Source of the DNA: Lingula anatina
Taxonomy: Eukaryota > Animalia > Brachiopoda
Assembly: GCA_051362555.1 (NCBI GenBank)
Contig: CM120646.1
Location: forward strand, 7,626,001-7,690,000
Reading direction: 5' to 3'
Length of the DNA: 64,000 bases
How positions within the stretch are numbered: the first letter of the stretch is position 1; every line of letters starts with the position of its first letter. The notes under the pieces were generated by a model. The model was not told the DNA's origin. It was given only the letters and a program-made list of their open reading frames with translations, and ran no database searches. Shown here piece by piece: positions 1 through 12,045 of this stretch. A program made the position numbers and the translations under genes.

Positions 1-261
1 CTGTAATGGCAATTTAAATATATGACATGAGAAATAACAAATAATACACTCATTCAAATCACACATGCATGTATCTACATGATATTAAAATTTAAGAAAA
101 GCAAAACAATCACCAAGTCCTTAAGAGCAATCAATTTTCATTGAATGAAAATTAACCAATTATTCACATAAAAGTATAGTAAATGTATATCCTTCCACTA
201 TTCGTGCAACCATCCACTTAAATTATATTTTGGGGCATTAATATAAGTAGGCAATACCTAC

Positions 262-3200
262 TGGATTCACAGTTAACACCAGTATAGCCTGGATTACAAT
301 TGCAGGTATAGGAGTTTACACCGTCTACACAATTTCCATTCTGACATGGGTGAGATGAACATTCATCAATATCTGTAATGGCAATTTAAATATATGACAT
401 GAGAAATAAATAATACACTCATTCAAATCACACCTGCATGTAACTACATGTCAATAGAATTTAAGAAAAGCAAAACAATTGTCATGTGTCTTTAAGGCCA
501 ATCAAAAACTTGTCCCAATGAATGGAAAATAACGAAATTATTCACATAAATTGTATATCAAATATACATCCTTCCATATTTCGTGCAACTACCCACTTAA
601 GTTATGTTTTTTGGCATGACTTTAAATAGCCAATACATACTGGTTTCACAGTTAACACCAGTGTAGCCTGGATTACAATTGCAGGTATAGGAGTTTACAC
701 CGTCTACACAATTTCCATTCTGACATGGGTGAGATGAACATTCATCAATATCTGTAATGGCAATTTAAAAATATTACATGAAGAATAAAAAAAGACTCAT
801 TCAAATCATGCTTATACGTTACTAAGTATTATTGTGAGAAATAACAAATAAAAGACTCGTTCAAATCATACTTATATATTATTAATTAATATTATATAAA
901 AAACAAAGCAATCATCGTGTGTCTTCAATAAATATCAAAAATATTTATCCTGAATGAAAATTAACCAAATATTCACATAAATAGTAGAGTAAATGCATAT
1001 CCTTTCACTATCCGTGCAACCATTCACTTAAATAATATTTTGGGGCATTAATAGGTAGCCAATACATACTGGATTCACAGTTAACACCAGTGTAGCCTGG
1101 ATTACAGTTGCAGGTATAGGAGTTTACACCGTCTACACAATTTCCATTCTGACATGGGTGAGATGAACATTCATCAATATCTGTAATGGCAATTTAATAT
1201 ATGACATGAGAAATAACAAATAATACACTCATTCAAATCACACCTGCATCTAACTACATGACAATAGAATTTAAGAAAAGCAAAACAATTGTCATGTGTC
1301 TTTAAGGCCAATCAAAAACATGTCCCAATGAGTGGAAAATAACGAAATTATTCACATTAATTGTAAATTAAATATACATCCTTCCATATGTCGTGCAACT
1401 GCCCACTTAAGTAATGTTTTTGGCATAACTTTAAATAGCCAATACATACTGGTTTCACAGTTAACACCAGTGTAGCCTGGATTACAATTGCAGGTATAGG
1501 AGTTTACACCGTCTGCACAATGTCCATTCTGACATGGGTTAGATGAACATTCATCAATATCTGTAATGGCAATTTAAATATATGACATGAGAAATAACAA
1601 ATAATACACTCATTCAAATCACACCTGCATGTAACTACATGACAATAGAATTTAAGAAAAGCAAAACAATTGTCATGTGTCTTTAAGGCCAATCAAAAAC
1701 ATGTCCCAATGAGTGGAAAATAACGAAATTATTCACATTAATTGTAAATTAAATATACATCCTTCCATATGTCGTGCAACTGCCCACTTAAGTAATGTTT
1801 TTGGCATAACTTTAAATAGCCAATACATACTGGTTTCACAGTTAACACCAGTGTAGCCTGGATTACAATTGCAGGTATAGGAGTTTACACCGTCTGCACA
1901 ATGTCCATTCTGACATGGGTTAGATGAACATTCATCAATATCTGTAATGGCAATTTAAATATATGACATGAGAAATAACAAATAATACACTCATTCAAAT
2001 CACATATGCATGTAACTACATGATATTAGAATTTTAGAAAAGCAAAACAATCACCATGTCTTTAAGAGCAATCAATTTTCATTGAATTAAAATTAACCAA
2101 TTATTCACATAAATAGTATAGTAAATGTATATCCTTCCACTATCCGTGCAACCATTCACTTAAATAATATTTTGGGGCATTAATATAAGTAGCCAATACC
2201 TACTGGATTCACAGTTAACACCAGTATAGCCTGGATTACAATTGCAGGTATAGGAGTTTACACCGTCTACACAATTTCCATTCTGACATGGGTGAGATGA
2301 ACATTCATCAATATCTGTAATGGCAATTTAAATATATGACATGAGAAATAACAAATAATACACTCATTCAAATCACACCTGCATCTAACTACATGACAAT
2401 AGAATTTAAGAAAAGCAAAACAAGTGTCATGTGTCTTTAAGGCCAATCAAAAACTTGTCCCAATGAATGGAAAATAACGAAATTATTCACATAAATTGTA
2501 TATCAAATATACATCCTTCCATATTTCGTGCAACTACCCACTTAAGTTATGTTTTTTGGCATGACTTTAAATAGCCAATACATACTGGTTTCACAGTTAA
2601 CACCAGTGTAACCTGGATTACAATTGCAGGTATAGGAGTTTACACCGTCTACACAATTTCCATTCTGACATGGGTGAGATGAACATTCATCAATATCTGT
2701 AATGGCAATTTAAATATATGATATGAGAAATAACAAATAATACACTCATTCAAATCACACATGCATGTAACTACATGATATTAGAATTTAAGAAAAGCAA
2801 AACAATCACCAAGTCTTTAAGAGCAATCAATTTTCATTGAATCGAAAATTAACCAATTATTCCCATAAATAGTATAGTAAACGTATATCCTTCCTCTGTA
2901 CAGATATTGTTTAAGAAAAGCAGAGCAATCAACATATAAAATAGTATAATAATAAACGTGCATCATTCCACCATACGTGCAACTTTCCACTTAAATAATA
3001 TGTTTTGGGGCATTAATATAAGTAGCCAATACATACTGGTTTCACAGTTAACACCAGTGTAGCCTGGATTACAATTGCAGGTATAGGAGTTTAAACCGTC
3101 CACACAATTTCCATTCTGACATGGGTTAGACTCACAGTCATCAATATCTGTAATGGGAATTAAAAATATTGTGAGAAATAAAATAAAAGCTCATTCAAAT

Positions 3201-3567
3201 AACACGTGTATGTGACTACATGACAGAATATTACAAAAGAAAAACAATCATCATACGTCTTACGTATTTTACGACATGACGATTCTTAGAAAAGAAAAAT
3301 AATCATCATATGTCTTTAAGAGCAATCAAAAACATTTCCATTGAATGACATTTACCAATAATTCACATATTGTAATAAATGTACATTAATACACTATACG
3401 TGCAACCATCCACTTAAATAAGGTTTTTGGTTTTACTATAAATAGCCAATACATACTGATTTGGCAGTTAACACCAGTGTAGCCTGTGTTACAATTGCAG
3501 CTATAGGAGTTCACACCGTCCACACAATTTCCATTCTGACATGGGTTAGACGCACAGTCATCAATAT
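262..3567 (-). repeat. Tandem array of nine exon+intron units (~375-450 bp), each encoding one calcium-binding EGF domain
   Basis: Exons at 262-372, 641-751, 1070-1180, 1450-1560, 1831-1941, 2204-2314, 2586-2696, 3037-3147 and 3457-3567. Consensus [36 protein letters not shown]; introns are also similar to each other. Confidence 0.95.
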
Positions 3568-6500
3568 CTGTAATGGCAATTAAAAATATTGTGAGAAATA
3601 AACAATATGCTCATTCAAATAACACGTGTATGTGACTACATGACAGAATATTACAAAAGAAAAACAATCATCATACGTCTATAAGAGCAGTCATTTCATT
3701 GAATGGAAATTTACCAATAATTCACATGGTAGTATATTAAATGTAATATAATCATTCTTGAAAAACTGGTCCAATTCTGCGGGGACTCCAAGTGATTGTA
3801 ATCAGATGTAAGTAAAATCAGTTCTTCTCCGTCTGTTCTGTAGAATACAAAAAAGCTTGTGTTTAACATTTACAGGTACTGAGTATATGGGTTTACGAGC
3901 GATCTGCAGGATATTTGAATTAAAGGGTTGAGGTGGGGTATCGGATCAATGTAAGTAAAATCAGTTTTTCATTGGGATTGAGCCCTTAAAATAAAGCCAT
4001 AAATCATATAACCAACAGTTTTCAGGAATGCTTTCAAACATATTCTTAATTAATTCAAAACTGTAAACTAACTGTGAGCAAGATGGTGTATGAAATTCAC
4101 TAAAAGAAATTTTAAGAAACATGACATTGTTATATGGTACATGTACATATAAGATCACAAGTCAGGAAACGCATTGTTCAACCGATAAGAAGTTCGTTTG
4201 ATATACGTCATAAGCTCTACCTCCTTCTGTATGGTTTCTTTTGAGAAATAAATTTTAATGATGCCGAAGCGGAACTGACGCCAAAGTTCCATTATTTCTA
4301 TGGGGGTGGGGGGGTAGGGGGTAAGGGATTGATAGATCTCATCCCCTTGACGTCAGGTTCAGGGCATGCTAGAGGGTCCCGAAAAAAAATGGTGTTGTGG
4401 AGGGCAAATGGCGTCATTCAGTACGGTTTAGAACTACAATTCAGCTAGGCGATTTTTTTTGTACGTTATTTAAAATAAAAAATGGAAAGGGGGGCAGGAC
4501 CCCCTGACACCCCTCTAAATTCGCCACTGTATTACACCTTTTCATGCAGGTGAACATGTATATGCGGATAAGACAAACATTCATTGTGAGATCATCAAAA
4601 TGTGCAAAATGTGCAAAAAACAAAAATAAAATAAAATAAAATAAAGAATAGTAAATTATGTGTACATTCATGCGATATTCACGAATCTGTCATCACCCAC
4701 TTGAATAATGTTTTGAGACATTTGCCAAAGGAACAAATGCATACAATTTTCACAGTTAACACATATGCAGCCTGTATAGGTGTTTAAACCATCTACACAA
4801 TGTCCATTCTGACATGAGTTAAACGAACATTCTGCACTGTAAAAGCAATTAAAAAAGAGCGGTTATGAGAAATAACAAATAATACACATATTCAATTTAC
4901 ACTTGTTTGTGCATGACTTTTTATTAAAAAAAAAAACAAACAAAAACAATCATTATGTTTAAATCTTTAAAGGTAATCAAACAAGAACCGTCGAATGAAT
5001 ATTAATCAATGCTTCACTACCCGATTAAAACTTGAATATTTTCACAAAATTTGGATGATGGGACCAAAACAATTACGGAGACAATTGTGTTTATGTAGGA
5101 AGGACGTAGGTAACCAATTAAATAATTAAACCTGTAAAAGCTGTTTCTTAAAATGCTAAACATTATTAAGAGTTCTGATTTGTGTATATTAAATATTGTA
5201 TCAAAACTCACATAATAAAATACAACAGAACGAGTAAAATTAGGATTCTATACATTATTGTTTTTTGCTTAGGTCAAGAAAACCACTTATTGACCAAATA
5301 CGAAAGACATTATATGATTTAAAACTTGAGTCAGATTTAGAAAGGGCGATTAGAACTAACATGTTAATAAGCCTAACCTGTTCATTAATTCTTAAAACAC
5401 TGGTTAATAAAACGACGTTTAAATCTGCGTTGTATAAAAGTAGTTAAACAGCCAGTTAGCTAAAAGGCATTTAAACTTTTTAACAAAAGTTGGTTGCTAT
5501 GTGAACTTGCTCAGACCATATTGGAAATAAAATTGCCTGGGATGCATGTCGTTAAGATTATAGTATTCTTAGAAATACACATTGTCCCAGGCCACGACTT
5601 AGATATCTAGCATTGACGGTTCCTCAGGAAACTCAGGTTTTGGTCCGTCACAGAATATGCTGACATCGTTTTCTTTTGATGACAAATCTTGAAGGGAACA
5701 CGATCCTTTCACATCGTAGTTTTACAGTGGCGACCTATGCTGCAGCCTATTCACGTATGTTGCTTTTTACGATGCTGCTAGATGATTTTACAGACAAATA
5801 TTTGAGTGATTTTTTTCTTAAGGAATCGAGAAAATCATATGATACGGGAGCATACCTATCGATTTATATTACAAAAGGTCAAACAGGGCAAAATATGCCA
5901 GGGTACTTCCTGAGTGTTATCAAAGCTTTAATATTCGGATAGAAATCAGACTTAAAGCTAAATACGTTGTATATACCCTGTAATAATAATTGGTTAGCAG
6001 TACTACCACGCTATATGTGCATGCCCGTCCCCAAGTATCAGTGCTAACATGTTGCTATAAAACCTGCCCAGTCTATAATACTTTATGTATGATAGGATTA
6101 AAGCTTTATTCATGCAAAATAAGGCGAAAAGAAATCAATTCCAAACTTACTTGTACACACACCATTCACGTCCACATACCATCCATTACAAGTACAGCTG
6201 ATGCAAGTTAAATGTGAAAACCCTGTGTCTAAACGAACTAGTCCGTATTCGGCACAAGGGCAGTTTGCATTGGGATCAACTGAAACAAAACCAGTAAAAT
6301 TAAACATGAGCGTGAAGTTGAATTCATCATGACTGTTTATACAATTTTGTTCAATTTAAAGCCCTTGTCAGAAACGCCAGAAAATCACTGCTATGTCCCT
6401 CACAACAATTTCAATTATTTGTAAATTAACCTATACTGTTAGTGTAAGAAAATCACTATAATTGCCATCTAAAAGAGTTTAAATTACTTTAACTACCCGC

Positions 6501-9500
6501 ACGAAAATGCAGTAGTATCGAAGTAGCAAAGAAGCATTAACGCAGTAGAGGTGTGGAGCATATTTGCAGTAGAAATGCAGTATAGCCTACTGCAATTCTA
6601 CTTCAAAAATTACATAGGGTTATACAGAGGAGGAGCATCAATGCAGTAGATTAGCAGCATGATAGAAGCATGTTTCAAATATGCTAATTAGCTCCCACAT
6701 CGAAGCAGATTTGAAGCATGTTTGCAGTATGATTGCAGTAGTCTACTGCGCTGGAGTATCTACTTCGTTTTTATGCGGGTAGTTTCACACGTGCCCCAAA
6801 AGGCAAGTGCAGGTGTAACTGGAAGAACGATTGGTGTAACAGGTGCCGACAGTTTTACATAACAATAGCTTCCGATATTTTCTTTACACTCGCACATTAC
6901 TTTAATCACACCGCTGCGCACGAGAGTGTATGGGAATCATTTGGAGGAATAGGAACAAATGAAAAGTGTCACATAGTAAAACCATAACTTTCTTAACCAT
7001 TTGGATCAACAGGACAGAAACTCTTTATAAAAGTAAGTTTTAAAGATATAAAGCTGATGTTAAAGCAGATTCAATGCCTGATAAAGAGTTATCGAGGCTA
7101 TTATTTGTTTTCCCTTTTGAGGAAACGCATGGAAATTGCATCAATGTAAATGTGTTGATTGAAAACTATTAGAAAAGCATTTACATATCACAAATAGATT
7201 TGATAGTTATTTAATATGGAATTATCACAATGTGCATGAAAACAATTAAATAATAATTTCCCATATGCATGAGCCTAACATTATCCTCATCATAATCATT
7301 CATATGTTTTAGAGTATGTATTTCAGTTTGAATCACGTACCAGTGTCGCAGAGAGTGCCAGTGTAGCCTTCATTACAACTGCAGGTGAATGTGCCCAAAC
7401 TACCTACACACTGCCCATTTTGACACGGATTAGGTTGACATGGATCGGAGCTTGAAACTGCAATAATACAAAAAGTACATAAAAACAAAGGACGCAGATA
7501 TCTAGTTAAATATTTTAACCTGTAAAAGCAGTCTCATAAATTGCTGAATATTATTAAGAGTTCCGATCTGTGTATATTAAATATTGTATCAAGACTCACA
7601 TAATAACATACAATAGGACGAGTAAAATTAGGATTCTATACATCACAGTTGCTATAGAGAACTTGCTCAGACCATACTGGAAATGAAATGGCCCAGAATG
7701 CATGCCGCTGCTTTACATTTAATACACATTATACATTTTTTCACTGTCTACACACAATATTTAAAAATTGCCATCCAGGGTAACAGACATAGGATGAAAA
7801 ACAAATTCTTAAAAGAATGATTTAGACACCAACCAAACTTCAGTCTAGTCAATCAACATCAGTTGATAAGCTTAATTGAAATGAAAAGCAGCACAAGTCT
7901 GTAGGTTACCCGATGCTAGTGCGAGGTTCCCCGCGCTGCGAGAAGAGACTTGACGCCTAAATCAAGCCTAGCTAGCGGTCACGTCACCAGATGTTGTGCA
8001 GATATTAGATATATGTATTAAACTTTTCTGTAATTGTATGTCATGTTGTCGGTTCTTTTCAGGGATAATTATCCAATCCGGGAAGCGTTTTTTACCCTTC
8101 TATTTTTCAGATAAACCCCGAGGCCCATCTAGAAAGAGGGTACTGCCGCGACAGCTGCGACTACCTCGCCGACTTTCCGCCGTGATCCATCCGACTTCCA
8201 CGCCACCATTCTTTCACTACGCCACCAAAACAACAGTGACTGGGACGTTTCGACAGCTCCGCCAGACTGTCTGAGTTATAAACAAAGCCGATACGCCGAT
8301 ACGCATTCGATTGAAAACGACACGCTGAATAGTTCGATAGAAAACCGATACGCTAAACCGTGAACTGTTCTTATGACAAATGTACGCTAGGAAATGTTCC
8401 AGTGAATAACGGATAACAAACAACAATAGGCGTGGACACTTTCCCCACGAAGGGTTTAGACGAGTTTTTCCTCACGTCCCGAGAGCATCGGGTACCATGG
8501 CAATATCCGCGTTACTGGAACGCGCGTGTCCAGATGGCTTTACTGTATGGCATTACGATAGTGAGTTGTAGCAATCAGAAAATTTTTATGCGTCAATTTA
8601 TCGATTAAAAAAAAATCGGGACTTTATGAAGATAAGAGTGTACATATTTCTGTATTGACCGACATAACATGTAGTTAGCAGAATTGTTTTAATATATTAT
8701 CATTATTTCATCTTTAAATAAACGATGGTTACATCTTTTTTATCAAAATTAGACAGTTAAAAATTTGTATTTCATAATTTTTGGGTGTAAAAATTGAAGG
8801 CGTATGCAGACCACAGGAAATTTCTGATACGTGTAATTATTTTTAATTGAGTTGCAGGCATGGGCACGCAGCTCGTATTATTAATGTAATTGTCCTTATC
8901 ACTTTAATTGGAGCCGGTCAACTTACATTTAACTCACTTTGTTACCCTTTATCTAAATTTACGATAATTTGCGGCCACGCGGCCTGACACCCCAATATCG
9001 GAGGTATAAAGCCAGGTAGCAGCCAAGAAATAAACGGAGTTTTAGATTTTATAACGAAGCTGTGGTGTTGCGTTGCTTTTCTCTCATAGACTAAATTATA
9101 CCCCGCGGCATCTGTAATAACTCGGTGCACTGCACTCATCCTTTCAATGGAAGGACATGTAGGTTCCGATCTACCTTAGCCAATAGAATAACAGATATAT
9201 ATATTTTTTTTTTTTTTTTTTTTTTGTTGATTGAATGATGTGTTTCATCAGACCTCGAATTCTCGGATATAAGATACTCATTACATAATAATATACTTAA
9301 AAATAATATACACTATACTTATTACATCATAATATCTGTCGTTACCACTTTGCTACCTATAAAATCTTTCCCGACTCTCTATAATCCCCAATTTTTGATT
9401 TATTATATGTCGGAAAAAAAAAAAAACAATTCCAAACTTACTTGTACACACACCATCCACGTCCTCATATCCTGCATTACAAGTACAGCTTGAAGTGATG

Positions 9501-10181
9501 CAAGTATAATGTAAAGACCCAATCTGACCGCTTACAGGAACAAGTCCTCGAGCGGCGCAAAAACAGTATGCATTGGGTTCTTCAAGATAAACTGAAACAA
9601 AACCAGTAAAATTAAACATGAGCGTGAAGTTAAATTTATCATGGGAATAAGTTGAATTGATCATGGACTTAAGTTAATACGACTTTTCAACTTGGGTTCC
9701 TTTTCAGAAACGCCAGGCAATCACTACAAATTTGATATGCCCCTAAGAATAATTTTATTTTAAGTAAATTAGTTTCCCTTGTAAGTGGAAAAATCACTCT
9801 TACTGCCATCGTCTGAATAGGGGTTAAATTACACATACCAGTCTCACACGTATCCCCTGTATACCCCAGAGTACAAATGCAGGTTTGACCATCGGTGGAA
9901 TAGGTACCGCCATGCTGACAGGGATTTAATGAGGACGCGCTTATCCCTGGAAAATAGATATGGGATCTAATGTTTGATGATAATAAAAATAAAGTCAGAT
10001 ATAAACACATATGCGAATGAGGATACTATGAAAACATGTTTAAATGATACTTATTTAATTGAAATGATTATTGATGTTGTGCGTAAGGTTTCTCGGCTGA
10101 CATTTAATCTAATAAAGGAGACATCACTGCGACTATCTAGGTATTATCTAACCGTGATATTCGCCGTCTTGGTGTAAACCT

Positions 10182-10239
<58 letters not shown>

Positions 10240-12014
10240 AAGTGTGTATTTCACGACAATCCAGGATGTCTGTCATTTGCCATATTAACACTTTTTCACG
10301 GGTTTCAATAATCCACATACCCACAAAGAAGATAGAGTTTATACTTATATTACATTAAAATTAAATCTATTTTGCTAATCAGTGTTTATCACGTCCTTAT
10401 AACTTCTCTCATATATTTATGGTGGGTCACAAGTGTGCATTTTAAGAAAACCCAATATGGCTGCAAAGCACCCTAGGAATTCTGTTTCTCAGGTTTCAAT
10501 TGCTTCCAGAGAAACAAACGGTTAATAATAAAATTTAAATTTATATTAATTAAGATTGGTTCTCGGTCTACGTCACATTATTATTACCCCTATAATACAG
10601 ATCTGGTGAAAATAAGTGTGTATCCTTTGGTATTTGAGAAAAATTCACGATGGCTGCCATTTCCGGAGACATACTAGAACAAGGGTTTCAATTATTGACA
10701 GAGATACATATAATGTCCATTATGAAATGAAGTTAACTTGTGGATAGCAAGTGTTCATTTTAACTAAATTCAAGATGGCTGTGGTTAACCGTAGGAATAC
10801 TAACTAGTACATTGGGTTTCAGTTAGTAGGGAGATATGTATACATTATCAAATTTGTTTTGTTTGTCAGTGTTTTATCACATCTTAATCATCCCTTTGAT
10901 AAACATATGTTGTGTATTAGTATATACTAATGGATTTTATGAGAACGGCGCAAGGCGACTGCCATTTGCCTTGGGGATACTACTAAATCCCCATATACTA
11001 GTATTCCAAAAGGACATGACGGCCATCACTTTTTCTCAAAATGCTTAGGATGGCAAGAAAAAGACAGACATTGCTAGACAGATTCTGGTGTGTCACACAG
11101 AACGGTCCGCACAGTTTTATAGTCATGCCCAGACTGATGTACCTACAAAGATGCCACGCCCAATGCATCAAAATCTTACCACCAGGTTCCAGGACTCACT
11201 GTCCTTCTGGATATGCTGCTGCATAAAACCACCCCGGCCGTTCAGAATGAGGGACAAATTGCCACCAGAACGTGTTTTTCAAGGCCCTTAGCTAACATCA
11301 AACTGCATGGTCTCAGGGGGTTAGAATACCAGACGATCTCTGGGAAAGCCACTGTAAACAGGAAAACATCGTCTTCTGTTTCTCTAATGAATTGGGGACC
11401 ATGACACTTATTGGGTAGAACAATGAAAGGGCGTGGCTTTCTTTATTGAGGTCAAATTTCACTTGCACCACTCAACTACTCAAAGCAGAGTTTACAGACA
11501 ACCCTAAGAGGCCTTAGACAAAGCGTGTGCCGCGTCTAAAGTGACTAGGGTCATTGGCCACGTTAGTTTCTGGAGTAGATACCACATTGCTGTCGAAACA
11601 GGTAGTCGTCGATGAAAGCCTGAGCCACATCAAATAAAGAAATAATCTTGGAAACACTTGGTCATTATTATTTGATAGGGGGCCTTAGGAACAACTTTAG
11701 GTTGCACGATGAGATTGTCAGTTCACACAGACCACTTTTAACAGCAGAAAACGTACATAAACAAGGGAACGAACAGCTACCATGGTCACCAAAACTGAAC
11801 CACATAGACAACATTTGGGTAGGTCGTTACTCGCCTAATCAACGCACTGCATGTCCTACAACAAAATTGAACCAAATTGGAGAAGTTTTGTTCTTCCAGA
11901 TTAAACTCTAAAAATCTATCCCAAAGATTGCCCTGTCGCTTGAGAGCCCTGGTAGCAATCAAATGAGGTCAGGTATAACAGCGACCGTAGCTGTGCCTAG
12001 ACACTGACATGAGG

Positions 12015-12045
<31 letters not shown>

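Noticed and set aside
1-3567. Regular repeat-spacer pattern resembling a CRISPR array
   Set aside because: The repeats are 111-bp spliced EGF exons and the spacers are homologous introns in a eukaryotic gene.
3818-3837. Possible alternative terminal exon on the minus strand (ctacag|AA CAG ACG GAG AAG AAC TGA)
   Set aside because: Good acceptor, but no poly-A signal seen before the next exon and no other support.
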